DNA from: an uncultured Bacilli bacterium
Lineage (GTDB): Bacteria > Bacillota_I > Bacilli_A > RF39 > UBA660
Direction of reading: 5' to 3'
Length of the DNA: 64,000 bases
Assembly: GCA_947624565.1 (NCBI GenBank)
Contig: CANQKX010000003.1
Coordinates: 11,340 to 75,339, forward strand
The position numbers and the translations under genes were made by a program. Position 1 is the stretch's first letter. Every line of letters begins with the position of its first letter. Below, in pieces: positions 50,152 through 61,718 of this stretch. The notes under the pieces are model-generated. The model was given only the letters and a program-made list of their open reading frames with translations, was not told the DNA's origin and did no database searches.

Positions 50152-50816
50152 TGTTTGTTTTATTAGCGTTTTTAATAGTACTAATATCACAACAGATTTT
50201 AAGTTTTACTTATTCTAAATATAAAAGAATATTAGTTGATAGTGATTTATCTGGATATGAAGTTGCTAAAAAAATACTATCACAATATGATTTAGATAAT
50301 ATAAATGTAGGAAAAGTATCTGGAGAATTATCTGATCATTATAACAATAGTAAAAAGATAATTAATCTATCTTCTGATATATATGAAGGAAAAACAATTG
50401 CATCTTGTGCAGTTGCTGCTCATGAATGTGGACATGCAATTCAATATAAAGAAGGATATAAACCAATAAAAATTAGAAATATTCTAGTACCATTTGTAAA
50501 TTTTGGTAATAGTTTAGGATATATAGTAATAATTATAAGTTTAGCATCATCAATAACAAAATTATTTATAATTGGATTAATATTAATATCTTTTGCTCTT
50601 ATATTTCAATTAGTAACATTACCAGTTGAATTTGATGCAAGTAAAAGGGCAAATAAAGTATTATTACAAATGGGACTTATTACACAAGAAGAACAAGAAG
50701 GTACTAGAAAGATGCTTAAGGCAGCAGCATTTACTTATGTTGCAGGATTAATATCATCAATTCTTCAAATTCTTAGAATAGTATATATTTTTACTGGAAG
50801 TAAAAGAGATGATTAA
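50142..50816 (+). CDS. YugP-like neutral zinc metallopeptidase
   Basis: LSDHY, AAHECGHAIQ, TLPVEFDASKRA, AAAFTYVA. Confidence 0.88.
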   Translation: MELMFVLLAFLIVLISQQILSFTYSKYKRILVDSDLSGYEVAKKILSQYDLDNINVGKVSGELSDHYNNSKKIINLSSDIYEGKTIASCAVAAHECGHAIQYKEGYKPIKIRNILVPFVNFGNSLGYIVIIISLASSITKLFIIGLILISFALIFQLVTLPVEFDASKRANKVLLQMGLITQEEQEGTRKMLKAAAFTYVAGLISSILQILRIVYIFTGSKRDD

Positions 50817-50927
50817 AAAGGAATTTATTCCTTTTTTTATTTGTTTCTCTTTAGTTAACATTGAACAAATATTATTTTATATTATCTATACTTTAACTAT
50901 AAGTTAATTTATAGTTAGGAGAGTAGT

Positions 50928-51302
50928 ATGTATATAGGAGAAAGGATAAGATATTTAAGAGAAAAAAATGGTTATACACAAGAAAAATTAGAAGAAATAA
51001 CAGATATACAAAAAGGAACAATATCAAAATATGAGAATTCTCATAATAGTCCATCTGCAGAAAATATTGAAAAAATAGCGGATGCATTTAATGTCAGTGT
51101 GGACTATTTATTTGGAAGAGATGTAAATGTAGTATCAGAAAGTGATGAAGAATATAATTTAGTAGTTCCTGATGTTGATGTTAAAATTTTAAAAGAATTA
51201 CATAAAGTAGAAAATATAGATTTTCTTAATTTTTTAAGAGAAGACCCAGAAAGAAGAATTAAATTAATAAGAGAAAATAGTAGAGGTTATTATCAAGATT
51301 AA
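50928..51302 (+). CDS. XRE-family HTH regulator
   Basis: IGERIRYLR...TQEKL...TISKYE...VSVDYLFG. Confidence 0.85.
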   Translation: MYIGERIRYLREKNGYTQEKLEEITDIQKGTISKYENSHNSPSAENIEKIADAFNVSVDYLFGRDVNVVSESDEEYNLVVPDVDVKILKELHKVENIDFLNFLREDPERRIKLIRENSRGYYQD

Positions 51303-51313
51303 AAAAAAGAATA

Positions 51314-51910
51314 TTAATTATTCTTTTCATTTTTTAAAATTTTATCTACAATACCATATTCTAACGCTTCATTAGAATCCATAAAATAATCTCTTTCAGT
51401 ATCATTTTCTATAACACTTAAGTCTTTTCCTGTATTAATAGATAATATTTTATTTAATTTATCTTTTAATCTTAATATCCTATTAGCGGCAATTTTTATT
51501 TCAGTTGCTTGACCTTGTGCTCCTCCAAGAGGTTGATGAATCATTACCTCACTATTAGGTAATATATATCTTTTTCCTTTTTTTCCACTAGAGAGTAAAA
51601 ATGCGGCCATAGATGCAGCCATACCAATACATATTGTTGATACATCACTTTTTATATAGTTCATTGTATCATATATTGCCATACCACTTGTTATACTACC
51701 TCCAGGAGAATTAATATATATACTTATATCACTATGGTTTATAGAATCTAAATACAATAATTCAGAAACTACAATATTTGCAGTATTATCATTAATTTCA
51801 TCAGATAGAATTATAATTCTATCTTTTAATAATCTAGAATATAAATCATATACTCTTTCACCATTACTAGTTTTTTCAAGTACGTTTGGAATTAAGTTCA
51901 TTTTTTTCAC
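51314..51910 (-). CDS. clpP: ATP-dependent Clp protease proteolytic subunit
   Basis: [30 protein letters not shown]. Confidence 0.96.
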   Translation of the reverse strand: MKKMNLIPNVLEKTSNGERVYDLYSRLLKDRIIILSDEINDNTANIVVSELLYLDSINHSDISIYINSPGGSITSGMAIYDTMNYIKSDVSTICIGMAASMAAFLLSSGKKGKRYILPNSEVMIHQPLGGAQGQATEIKIAANRILRLKDKLNKILSINTGKDLSVIENDTERDYFMDSNEALEYGIVDKILKNEKNN

Positions 51911-52021
51911 CCATTAATATGTTATCAATTATTTAATAAAATATTCTTATTATTTAGTGACAAATTACTAAAATATGTGATAAAATTATTTTAGAATAAA
52001 AAGATAGGAAGGCATGTAATA

Positions 52022-53668
52022 ATGGATTCAATAAAAGTAAAATATAAAAATAAAGAATATGTATATCCAAAAGGTATAACATTACTTGATATATCAAAAG
52101 ATTTTAAAGATGATTATAGTGAAAGTATAGTAATGGGATCAGTAAATGAAAGACCTTGTGAATTAAGTTTTAAATTAACAAGTAATTGCAATATAAATTT
52201 TTTTGATTTTACTTCGTCTATTGGAAATAGAGTATATGAAAGTGGTTTAATATTTATACTTGTTGAAGCATTTGAAAATGTATTAAAATCAGAAATAGAA
52301 GTTAAATATTCTATAGATAAAGGAATATATGTGCAAACTGAAAAAAAGATATCACAAGATTTATTAAATCAAGTATATGATGAAATGAAATCTATAGTAG
52401 AAAAAGACTTGCCAATACAAAAAAATTTAGTAAGTAGAATGGAAGCTATAAACTATTATAAAAGTATAAACAATTATGATAAAGTTAATGTTTTAAAATA
52501 TTCAGTTAATACTAATGTTAATCTATATAGATTAAATGATAATTATGATTATTTCTTTTCATATCTTCCAGTTAGTACAGGTGTTATAAAAGAATTTAGA
52601 TTAACATATATTGATGAAAATAGTTTTGTACTTAGATATCCTAATATTTACTACATGAATAAAATACCTGTTTATAAACATCATGAAAAATTATTTAATG
52701 AATTTAAAGAATATGATAACTGGTGTAAAAAATTAAATGTAGAGAATGTTAGTGAACTTAACAATAAAGTGTCTAAAGGAAATATTAATGATTTAATATT
52801 ACTTAGTGAGAATATTCAAAATAATACATTATTTAAAATTGCAGAAAAAATAAATAATAATAAAAAGTTAAAAATCATATTACTAGCAGGTCCATCATCA
52901 TCAGGTAAGACAACAACAAGTAGAAAATTAGAATTATTTTTGAAAGGTTTTGGTATGAATCCAATTGCTATATCAGTAGATGATTATTTTGTAGATAGAC
53001 AAAAAACTCCTAAATTACCTGATGGATCATATGATTTTGAATCAATTAAAGCAATTGATACAGAAAGTTTTAATAAAGATTTAAGAGATTTGCTTGATTT
53101 AAAAGAAGTAGTTTTACCAACTTATAATTTTATTACAGGTAAAAGAGAATATGTTAATGAAAGCATAAAATTACATGAAAATGATATATTAATTATAGAA
53201 GGACTTCATGCATTAAATGAAGAATTAACATATTCTATAGAAAAGAAAAATAAGTTTAAAATATATTTATGTCCTTTAACTGTACTTAGTTTAGATAATC
53301 ATAACAGAATTAGAACAACAGATAATAGATTACTTAGAAGAATTGTACGAGATAATAGAACAAGAGGTTATAGTGCAAGTGAGACATTATCTAATTGGTC
53401 AAGAGTAAGAGAAGGAGAAGAAATGTATGTATTTCCATTTCAAGATGAAGCAGATGTTATATTTAATACATCACTTATATATGAACTTGGAGTATTAAAA
53501 CCATACGTTGAACCATTATTATTTTCAGTAAAAGAAAATGATCCAAATTATAAAGAAGTGGTAAGATTACTAAATTTACTTAAAAATGTGTTACCAGTAC
53601 CAACTGATTTTATACCAAGAGATTCTATAATAAGAGAATTTATTGGAGGAGGATATTTTACTAATTAG
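52022..53668 (+). CDS. Nucleoside (uridine) kinase with ThrRS-like N-terminal domain
   Basis: [36 protein letters not shown]. Confidence 0.85.
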   Translation: MDSIKVKYKNKEYVYPKGITLLDISKDFKDDYSESIVMGSVNERPCELSFKLTSNCNINFFDFTSSIGNRVYESGLIFILVEAFENVLKSEIEVKYSIDKGIYVQTEKKISQDLLNQVYDEMKSIVEKDLPIQKNLVSRMEAINYYKSINNYDKVNVLKYSVNTNVNLYRLNDNYDYFFSYLPVSTGVIKEFRLTYIDENSFVLRYPNIYYMNKIPVYKHHEKLFNEFKEYDNWCKKLNVENVSELNNKVSKGNINDLILLSENIQNNTLFKIAEKINNNKKLKIILLAGPSSSGKTTTSRKLELFLKGFGMNPIAISVDDYFVDRQKTPKLPDGSYDFESIKAIDTESFNKDLRDLLDLKEVVLPTYNFITGKREYVNESIKLHENDILIIEGLHALNEELTYSIEKKNKFKIYLCPLTVLSLDNHNRIRTTDNRLLRRIVRDNRTRGYSASETLSNWSRVREGEEMYVFPFQDEADVIFNTSLIYELGVLKPYVEPLLFSVKENDPNYKEVVRLLNLLKNVLPVPTDFIPRDSIIREFIGGGYFTN

Positions 53669-53682
53669 AAAGGAATGATATT

Positions 53683-54693
53683 ATGATTAGATTAGCAATC
53701 AATGGTTTTGGAAGAATAGGGAGACTTGCATTTAGAGAGATTTATAATGAAGATAATGTTGAGGTAGTAGCAATTAATGATTTAACTGATACTAGAACAT
53801 TAGCACATTTATTAAAATATGATACAGCTCAAGGAAAATTTTTAGATGATAAAATATCATATACAGATGATGATATTGTTGTAAATGGTAAAAATATTAG
53901 AATTTATAAAGAAAGTGATCCTAGTAATTTACCATGGGAAGAGTTAGATATAGATGTAGTTTTTGAATGTACAGGATTTTTTACTAGCAAAGATAAAGCA
54001 ATGAAACATATTGAAGCAGGAGCAAAAAAAGTAATAATTTCTGCACCTGCAGGTAATGATGTTAAAACAATAGTATATAATGTTAATCATGATATATTAG
54101 ATAAATCTGATAAAATTATTTCAGCAGCTAGTTGTACTACAAATTGTCTTGCTCCAATTGCAAAAGTACTAAATGATAATTTTAAAATAAAAGTTGGATT
54201 TATGAGTACAATACATGCTTATACAAATGATCAAAATACTTTAGATGCACCACATAAAAAAGGTGATTTAAGAAGATCAAGAGCGGCAGCAGAAAATATT
54301 ATTCCAAATTCAACAGGGGCAGCAAAAGCAATTGGTTTAGTTATTCCAGAATTGAATGGTAAATTAGATGGTTCAGCACAAAGAGTACCAGTAGATGCTG
54401 GATCAATTGTAGAGTTAACTTGTGTACTTGAAGAAGATGTTAAAATAGATGATATAAATAGCGCAATGAAACATGCATCTAATGAAACTTTAGGCTATAC
54501 AGATGATGAAATAGTATCAAGTGATGTAATAGGCATGAAATATGGTTCACTATATGATGCAACACAAACTAAAATAATAGAAGCAAACGGAATAAAATTA
54601 GTTAAAGTATCTTCATGGTATGATAATGAAATGAGTTATACTTCTCAAATGATAAGAACTGCTAAATACTTAATGGAATTATTAGAAGAATAA
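53683..54693 (+). CDS. gap: Glyceraldehyde-3-phosphate dehydrogenase, type I
   Basis: [24 protein letters not shown]. Confidence 0.98.
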   Translation: MIRLAINGFGRIGRLAFREIYNEDNVEVVAINDLTDTRTLAHLLKYDTAQGKFLDDKISYTDDDIVVNGKNIRIYKESDPSNLPWEELDIDVVFECTGFFTSKDKAMKHIEAGAKKVIISAPAGNDVKTIVYNVNHDILDKSDKIISAASCTTNCLAPIAKVLNDNFKIKVGFMSTIHAYTNDQNTLDAPHKKGDLRRSRAAAENIIPNSTGAAKAIGLVIPELNGKLDGSAQRVPVDAGSIVELTCVLEEDVKIDDINSAMKHASNETLGYTDDEIVSSDVIGMKYGSLYDATQTKIIEANGIKLVKVSSWYDNEMSYTSQMIRTAKYLMELLEE

Positions 54694-54718
54694 AAAAATC
54701 TACAATTGTAGATTTTTT
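54693..54718. terminator. Bidirectional terminator
   Basis: AAAAAATCTACAATTGTAGATTTTTT palindrome between gap and cotJC. Confidence 0.7.
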
Positions 54719-55295
54719 ATATTAAATAACTTTTATCACCAAGTAATTTTTCAGCATATTCTTCATATAATGCTTTAAATCTTTCATAATGTATAACTTC
54801 TCTTTGTCTTAAAAATGATAGTGGAGCAAGTATATCTTCATCATCAGTTAGATTCATAAGATTTTCATATACTGCTCTTGCTTTTTGTTCAGCAGCCATA
54901 TCTTCAGCTAAATCAGCAAGTGGATCATTTGTAACAGCAAAATATGCGGCTGTAAATGGTACACCATTAGAATCTTGTGGATAAACACCAAGACCATGTT
55001 CAGTATATTGACTACCTAAACCTGCTTCTTTTAATTCCTCAGCAGTCGCACCATCAAGTAATTGATATACCATTGCACTTATTATTTCTAAATGAGCCAT
55101 TTCTTCTGTTGCAATATCTGATAATATTGCTTTTCCTTTTTCATCAGGCATTGTATATCTTTGATTTAAATATCTTAAAGTAGCAGCAAGTTCTCCATTA
55201 GATCCACCATTTTGTGTAATAATGTATTTAGCCATTTGTACATTTTTCTTTTTTATATTTACAGGAAACTGTAATCTCTTTTCATACTTCCACAT
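54717..55295 (-). CDS. cotJC: Spore coat manganese catalase-family protein CotJC
   Basis: MWKYEKRLQFPV, GELAA..RYL.Q, DIATEEMAHLE, AAEQKAR, REVIH. Confidence 0.92.
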   Translation of the reverse strand: MWKYEKRLQFPVNIKKKNVQMAKYIITQNGGSNGELAATLRYLNQRYTMPDEKGKAILSDIATEEMAHLEIISAMVYQLLDGATAEELKEAGLGSQYTEHGLGVYPQDSNGVPFTAAYFAVTNDPLADLAEDMAAEQKARAVYENLMNLTDDEDILAPLSFLRQREVIHYERFKALYEEYAEKLLGDKSYLI

Positions 55296-55304
55296 AGTAA
55301 CCTC

Positions 55305-55676
55305 CTAAAATCTTTCCCAAGGCCAAGGACTATTAATCCATTGCCATGGATAATTTTCATTTGAATTAAGTATAATAGGTCCATATCTATTTTCATATTC
55401 ATTCATATATTGTTCAGCAATTTCTTTATATTGATTATATAGACCTAATGCTTGTTTATCATCTGGATATATATCTAGATATAAATTTAATTCATGTGCA
55501 GCAAATGAATACATTTGAACTTCTTGCATAAGAGCTTCTCTTTCATTAGATGGTTTTAAATTTGCTACATACTTATATGGCCAGAAAAAATAATCAAATA
55601 AGTTTCCTCTATTAAGTGCTTCTTTTGGATCTACAATACTATATAATTCTTTATATTCTTCAGAATTATTATTCAT
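55305..55676 (-). CDS. cotJB: Spore coat protein CotJB with fused N-terminal CotJA-like motif
   Basis: ELNLYLDIYP, YGP, WQWINSPWPWE; N-terminal EALNRGNLF....PY. Confidence 0.85.
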   Translation of the reverse strand: MNNNSEEYKELYSIVDPKEALNRGNLFDYFFWPYKYVANLKPSNEREALMQEVQMYSFAAHELNLYLDIYPDDKQALGLYNQYKEIAEQYMNEYENRYGPIILNSNENYPWQWINSPWPWERF

Positions 55677-55743
55677 AAATTTATCACCCTTTCAATTTCT
55701 ATATTATGTTAAAAGTTTAGTTATGAATGTGCATAAGTCCATA

Positions 55744-55772
55744 TTGAATGTAAAACAAATGTTTGATATAAT
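55744..55772 (+). promoter_or_regulatory. dinB promoter with SOS-box-like palindrome in the spacer
   Basis: TTGAAT-N17-TATAAT enclosing AAAC-AAAT-GTTT (55753-55764). Confidence 0.5.
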
Positions 55773-55784
55773 AATATATAGAGG

Positions 55785-56981
55785 GTGAAGACTATGGAAA
55801 GAATAATATTACATATAGATGTAAATAGTGCATTTTTGTCTTGGTCTGCGCTTAAACTACTTGAAGAAGGTTATTCAAAAGATATTAGAAATGAGATATC
55901 AGTAATCGCAGGTAATCCAAAAAAAAGGCATGGTGTAATAGTCGCTGCATCTATTCCTGCTAAAAAGATGGGAATAAAACCTCCAATTAATTTATATGAA
56001 GCAAGAAAAAAATATAATGATTTAATAGTAGTAACTCCAGATTATGAATATTATTATAAAAAATCAAAAGAATTAATAGATTATTTAAAATCCTTATTTA
56101 CAGATATACAACAATATTCAATAGATGAGTGTTTTATAGATTATACATCTTTTAAAAAATTATATGGAAATGAGGTAGATTTTGCATATAAATTAAAAGA
56201 TGAAATATATAAAAGATTTAAATTTACAGTTAATATAGGTATTGGTAATAATAAGTTATGTGCAAAGATGGCTTCTGATTTTGAAAAACCTAATAAAGTT
56301 CATACACTATATTATTATGAATTTAAAGATAAAGTGTGGAATATGGATATATCTAATTTGTTTATGGCAGGTAAAGCATCTTGTAAAAAATTAAGAGAGT
56401 TAAATATAAATACAATAGGAGAACTTGCTAATAGTGATTTAAACATGCTTATTAGAAATTTAAAATCACAAGGTAAACTTTTATATGAATATGCTAATGG
56501 AATTGATGATAGTCCACTTGATATAGATAGATATGATGAAAGAAAAGGAATTGGTTTTTCAAGAACATTAGAATATGATATGGAAAATGTAGAAGAGATA
56601 TATAAATACTTATATGATTTTTCTAAAAAAATCTCTGAAAAATTAAGAGAAAAAAGTGTATATGCAAATACACTTGTAATAACAATTAGAAATTCATCTT
56701 TTAAAACATATAACCATCAGCAAAAGTTTTTTAATGGAATTAATTTAACAGATGATATATATCAAAAATCAAAAGATTTATTTATTCAAACTTGGGATAA
56801 AGAACCAATTAGATTAATAGGACTTAGAGTAACAGATTTTACAGATTCAAATAGTTTTCAATTATCTATATTTGACGAAAATATTAAAGAAAAAGAAGAT
56901 GAAAAAATTCAAAATATCATAGATAAAATAAATAAAGATTATGGTAAAGAAGTAATCAACAAAGGAAATAAATTAATATAA
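55785..56981 (+). CDS. dinB: DNA polymerase IV (Y family)
   Basis: LHIDVNSAF, SIDECF, AKMASDFEKP, IRLIG. Confidence 0.92.
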   Translation: MKTMERIILHIDVNSAFLSWSALKLLEEGYSKDIRNEISVIAGNPKKRHGVIVAASIPAKKMGIKPPINLYEARKKYNDLIVVTPDYEYYYKKSKELIDYLKSLFTDIQQYSIDECFIDYTSFKKLYGNEVDFAYKLKDEIYKRFKFTVNIGIGNNKLCAKMASDFEKPNKVHTLYYYEFKDKVWNMDISNLFMAGKASCKKLRELNINTIGELANSDLNMLIRNLKSQGKLLYEYANGIDDSPLDIDRYDERKGIGFSRTLEYDMENVEEIYKYLYDFSKKISEKLREKSVYANTLVITIRNSSFKTYNHQQKFFNGINLTDDIYQKSKDLFIQTWDKEPIRLIGLRVTDFTDSNSFQLSIFDENIKEKEDEKIQNIIDKINKDYGKEVINKGNKLI

Positions 56982-57079
56982 AATATTTACTTTATCATTT
57001 TTATTTAATATAATATATATAAGGAAAAATTGAAAGGCAATCTATAAGATTGCTTTTAATTACCTAATGGAGGAAGTAA

Positions 57080-59227
57080 ATGAATAGCCAAATAATAAGT
57101 CAAATAGCAATAGATTTAAATATAAATGAAAAGCAAGTATTAGTAACATTAAAGATGCTTGAAGAAGGTAATACAATACCATTTATTTCTCGTTATAGAA
57201 AAGAAGCAACTGGTAATTTAAATGAAGAACAAATAAGAAAAATAAATGAAGTATATTTATATCAAGTTAATTTATTAAAAAGAAAAGAAGATGTTATTAG
57301 ATTAATAGAAGAAAAAGGATTATTAACTGATGAATTAAAGAGTAATATTTTAAAAGCAGAAAAATTAGTAGAAGTAGAAGATTTATATAGACCATATAAA
57401 GAAAAAAAGAAAACAAAAGCAACAGAAGCAATTAAAAATGGATTAGAACCACTTGCTAAAATAATACTTAGTTTTCCAAAAGAACTATATAATATAGAAA
57501 AATTTTTAAATGAAAATGTAAAAACTAAAGAAGAAGCATTAGAAGGTGCAAAATACATAATTGCGGAATATATTAGTGACAATGCATACTATAGAAAATG
57601 GATAAGAAATAACATTTATAAAAATTGTAAGATTAAAACAAAAAAGAAAAAAGATGCAAAAGATGAAAAAAAAGTATATGAGATGTATTATGATTATAAT
57701 GAAGAAGTTAAATATATAAAATCACATAGAGTTTTGGCAATTAATAGAGCTGAAAAAGAAGGAATAATAAGTGTTTCTTTAGAATATAATAAAGAGTATA
57801 TATTAGAATATTTAGAAGGAAAAATAATCAAAAATAAAGATTCTGTATGTGTTAAGTTAGTTCAAGATGCGATTTTAGATTCTCTAAAAAGACTTATTTT
57901 ACCAAGTGTAGAAAGAGAAATAAGAAGTGAAATTACAGAAAAAAGTGAAGAAGATGCAATAAAAGTATTTTCAAAAAATTTAGAAAATTATTTATTAACA
58001 CCACCAATGAAAGATAAAATGGTTTTAGGACTTGATCCAGCATATAGAACTGGATGTAAACTTGCAGTTGTAGATTCAACAGGTAAAATGTTAGATATTA
58101 AAGTAATATATCCACATGAACCAAAAAATGAATATGAAAAAAGTAAGAAAATAGTATTAGATTTAATTGATAAATATAATATAGATGTAATAGCAATAGG
58201 TAATGGTACAGCATCAAGAGAAAGTGAAACATTTATTAGTGATGTAATAAAAGATTCAAAAAGAAAAGTAAGTTATATAATAGTTAATGAAGCAGGTGCT
58301 AGTGTATATTCAGCAAGTAAACTTGCAATTGAAGAATTTCCTAATTTACATGTTGAAGAAAGAAGTGCAATATCAATTGCAAGAAGATTACAAGATCCCT
58401 TAAGTGAACTTGTTAAAATAGATTCTAAATCAATAGGAGTAGGACAATATCAACATGATGTTAAGGAAAAAAATCTAAATGAAGCACTTGATTTTGTAGT
58501 TAGCAAATCAGTAAATAATGTAGGTGTTAATATAAATACAGCAAGTCCTTCTATATTAAAATATATATCAGGTTTAACAAAAAAATCTATTGAAAAAATA
58601 ATAGATTTTAGAAATAAAAATGGTAGATTTAATTCAAGAGAAGAACTTAAAAAAAATAAAATTTTAAGTGATAAAGTTTATGAACAATCAATTGGATTTA
58701 TGAGAGTTATTGATGGTAATAATCCACTTGATAGAACTAGTATACACCCTGAAAGTTATGAAAAAACTATTATATTTTTAAAAGAGCTTGGATTTAATAC
58801 TTTAGATATAGGAACAAAAGAATTAATAGAAAAATTAGATAATATAGATATACTTGATTATGAAAAAAAATTAAATATAGATAAGTATACATTAGAAGAT
58901 ATAATTGAATCATTAAAAAAACCAAATAGAGATCCAAGAGATGAATTAGATAAACCAATATTAAAAAGTGATGTTCTTAAAATAGAGGATTTAAAAAAGG
59001 GTATGAAACTTGAGGGAACAGTTAGAAATGTAGTAGATTTTGGTGCATTTATTGATATTGGTATAAAAAATGATGGGCTTGTTCATATATCTAAAATAAC
59101 AGATAAATATATAAAACATCCATCAGAAATATTAAGTGTTGGAGACATAGTAACATGTTATGTTGATGACATATTTTTAGAAAAAGGAAAAGTTTCTTTA
59201 TCATTAATTAAAAATGATATTGATTAA
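57080..59227 (+). CDS. tex: Tex-family RNA-binding transcription accessory protein
   Basis: TIPFISRYRKE, GLDPAYRTGCK, EAGASVYSAS, C-terminal S1 domain. Confidence 0.93.
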   Translation: MNSQIISQIAIDLNINEKQVLVTLKMLEEGNTIPFISRYRKEATGNLNEEQIRKINEVYLYQVNLLKRKEDVIRLIEEKGLLTDELKSNILKAEKLVEVEDLYRPYKEKKKTKATEAIKNGLEPLAKIILSFPKELYNIEKFLNENVKTKEEALEGAKYIIAEYISDNAYYRKWIRNNIYKNCKIKTKKKKDAKDEKKVYEMYYDYNEEVKYIKSHRVLAINRAEKEGIISVSLEYNKEYILEYLEGKIIKNKDSVCVKLVQDAILDSLKRLILPSVEREIRSEITEKSEEDAIKVFSKNLENYLLTPPMKDKMVLGLDPAYRTGCKLAVVDSTGKMLDIKVIYPHEPKNEYEKSKKIVLDLIDKYNIDVIAIGNGTASRESETFISDVIKDSKRKVSYIIVNEAGASVYSASKLAIEEFPNLHVEERSAISIARRLQDPLSELVKIDSKSIGVGQYQHDVKEKNLNEALDFVVSKSVNNVGVNINTASPSILKYISGLTKKSIEKIIDFRNKNGRFNSREELKKNKILSDKVYEQSIGFMRVIDGNNPLDRTSIHPESYEKTIIFLKELGFNTLDIGTKELIEKLDNIDILDYEKKLNIDKYTLEDIIESLKKPNRDPRDELDKPILKSDVLKIEDLKKGMKLEGTVRNVVDFGAFIDIGIKNDGLVHISKITDKYIKHPSEILSVGDIVTCYVDDIFLEKGKVSLSLIKNDID

Positions 59228-59276
59228 ATTTCATAATTATGATAATATTTTTTTACCGTGAAAGGAATGAAATTTT

Positions 59277-59894
59277 ATGAGTGATATAGAAATATATGAT
59301 AATATAGAAATGTTTAATTATGTATGTGAACTTGATAAAAAAATAAGTCAGTTACAAACACAATTATGCAGTACATACTTTAATAATATAAAGGATGAAG
59401 ATTTACAAGGAGATATTGATCCACCATTATTATCTACAGATAATAATGATGATTTTCAAAGAATAAATAGAGAAATAAAGATGATTAATCATGAGATAAG
59501 GATTATAGATAAAAGATTATGTAATCTGCAGATATACAATGATTCTATTGTAAAAAAATATGAAAATAAAAACTTATCTAAAGAAAGATTAAATCAGGTA
59601 ATGCAGGAAGAAAAAAAGAAAATAGCATTAGATCTTCAAAAACAAAAAAATAAACTTGAAGAAAAAGTACAGAGAATAAAATCAAATCCAAAAGCATATT
59701 TAAGATTCTTAGATATGGAAAGATCCGATTTTGCAATGATTACTGATCCTGAAATTAAAAAGAGATTACAATTTATAAGTGATCAGTTATTAATTCATAT
59801 GTCTGAAAGAGATAGAGCCTTAAAACAAATAAAGAAAAAAGATAAAGGTAAAAACTTGTCATTATTTAAACCTAAAAAGGATAAAAAGAATTAA
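59277..59894 (+). CDS. Hypothetical coiled-coil protein
   Basis: ORF with RBS AAAGGA. Confidence 0.55.
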   Translation: MSDIEIYDNIEMFNYVCELDKKISQLQTQLCSTYFNNIKDEDLQGDIDPPLLSTDNNDDFQRINREIKMINHEIRIIDKRLCNLQIYNDSIVKKYENKNLSKERLNQVMQEEKKKIALDLQKQKNKLEEKVQRIKSNPKAYLRFLDMERSDFAMITDPEIKKRLQFISDQLLIHMSERDRALKQIKKKDKGKNLSLFKPKKDKKN

Positions 59895-59985
59895 ACGTTA
59901 TTTATTATTTTAACGTTTTTTTAATAAAAAATAGAAATTTGTTTTAAAATGTATATTTTTGTGATAAAATGTATATAAAGTAGAG

Positions 59986-61707
59986 GTGACTAAAATGAAC
60001 AAGACACTTATAATATTTACTGCATATATATTAACAACGATTGTTTTAATTGTTATATTTGTTTTGAAAAATAGTAAACAAACTAAAAAAATAAAAGAAT
60101 TAGTTAGTCATCTTGAAAAAGAAAAAAATTTAATCATAAATGCTCCCATATTAAACGAACTTTCAAAGGTTGAAGCTTTAGTAACAGATGATAAATTAAA
60201 AAATAAATATGATGGTTGGCAAAAAAAATTTGATGATATAAGAAATAAATATATACCTGAAATAACTGATATGCTTTTGCAAGCAGATTCATATATTGAT
60301 TCTAGAAATTATAGAGAATTGAGAAAGCTTCTTTCAGATATAGAACTTAAAATATATAAGTCAAGAGAAAAAACAAATACATTATTATCTGAAATAAAAG
60401 AAATAACATTAAGTGAAGAAAAAAATAGAAATCAAATAGTTAAATTAAAAAATGAATACAGAAATATTAAAATGAATTATGAAAAAAACAAAAGTGAATA
60501 TAAACCTGTTAATCCTCAAATTGAACTTCAATTTGAAAATATAGAAAAAAGATTTCAAGAATTTGAAATTGTAATGGAAAAGAAAGATTACGATGAGATA
60601 AACTATTTAGTAAAAGGTATATATGAAATGATAGATCATATTAAATATGTAATAAAAGAAATACCTATGATTCTTATAATGTGTAATGAACTTATACCAA
60701 ATAAAATAGCAGATATTTCTGGTATATATATAAAAATGACAAGGGAGTTATATCAATTAGATTATTTAAATGTAGAATATAATATAAAAGAAACAGAAAA
60801 GAAAGTAAAAGATATTTTAGATAGAGTAAAAGTTTTAAATTTAGAAGATGTAACTTTTGAACTTAAAACAATAATTAATTATTATGATTCTTTATACAAT
60901 GATTTTGAGTACGAAAAAACATGTAAAAATACATTTGAATCTAATATAAAATCTTTTAAATCAAAACTTATTAGGACTAATAAAATAATTAGTAATCTAA
61001 TAGGACAATTAGATGAATTAAAAAACACATATGATTTATCAGATGAGGATGTAAAAAGATTGAATGTAATAAATGAAGAAGTAAAAAAGATAAAAGATAG
61101 TTATAATAACTTAATGGATTGTAATAAAAATCATTCATTTGCATATTCAAAAATGGTTAAGGAATTAGATTTCCTAATGATTAAAGTATCAAAAATAGAA
61201 GAAACATTAAATTATGATTTAAAAACAATAGGTAGTATGAAGGATGATGAATTAAGAGCAAGAGAGCAACTAGATAATATAAAAGGATTATTAAAGAAAG
61301 CAAAAGGTAGAATTAGACTTTATAATATACCTGTACTTCCAGATAATTATTTTATAGAGCTACAAGATGCATCAGATGCTATTAAAGAAATACAAAAAGA
61401 ACTTAATAAAAAACCAATAAACATTGAAACTTTAAATATAAGAGTAGATACAGCAAGGGATTTAGTTTTTAAAGTATTTAATACAACTAATTCTTTACTT
61501 AAAACTATTGTTATGCTTGAAGAAACAATTGTTTATGGTAATAGATATAGAAGTTATAAAGAACAAGTTAATGAAGGATTAACTTTTGCGGAAAAATTAT
61601 TTTATAAAGGTGAATATAAAAAGGCTCTAGAAGTTACAATGAATGCAATTGATTATGTTGAGCCAGGTATTCACAATAAGATAATGCAAGCATATGGCGA
61701 AAGGTAG
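59986..61707 (+). CDS. ezrA: Septation ring formation regulator EzrA
   Basis: N-terminal TM, long helical repeats, C-terminal YGNRYR...VEPG. Confidence 0.85.
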   Translation: MTKMNKTLIIFTAYILTTIVLIVIFVLKNSKQTKKIKELVSHLEKEKNLIINAPILNELSKVEALVTDDKLKNKYDGWQKKFDDIRNKYIPEITDMLLQADSYIDSRNYRELRKLLSDIELKIYKSREKTNTLLSEIKEITLSEEKNRNQIVKLKNEYRNIKMNYEKNKSEYKPVNPQIELQFENIEKRFQEFEIVMEKKDYDEINYLVKGIYEMIDHIKYVIKEIPMILIMCNELIPNKIADISGIYIKMTRELYQLDYLNVEYNIKETEKKVKDILDRVKVLNLEDVTFELKTIINYYDSLYNDFEYEKTCKNTFESNIKSFKSKLIRTNKIISNLIGQLDELKNTYDLSDEDVKRLNVINEEVKKIKDSYNNLMDCNKNHSFAYSKMVKELDFLMIKVSKIEETLNYDLKTIGSMKDDELRAREQLDNIKGLLKKAKGRIRLYNIPVLPDNYFIELQDASDAIKEIQKELNKKPINIETLNIRVDTARDLVFKVFNTTNSLLKTIVMLEETIVYGNRYRSYKEQVNEGLTFAEKLFYKGEYKKALEVTMNAIDYVEPGIHNKIMQAYGER

Positions 61708-61718
61708 GTAAAAAAATT

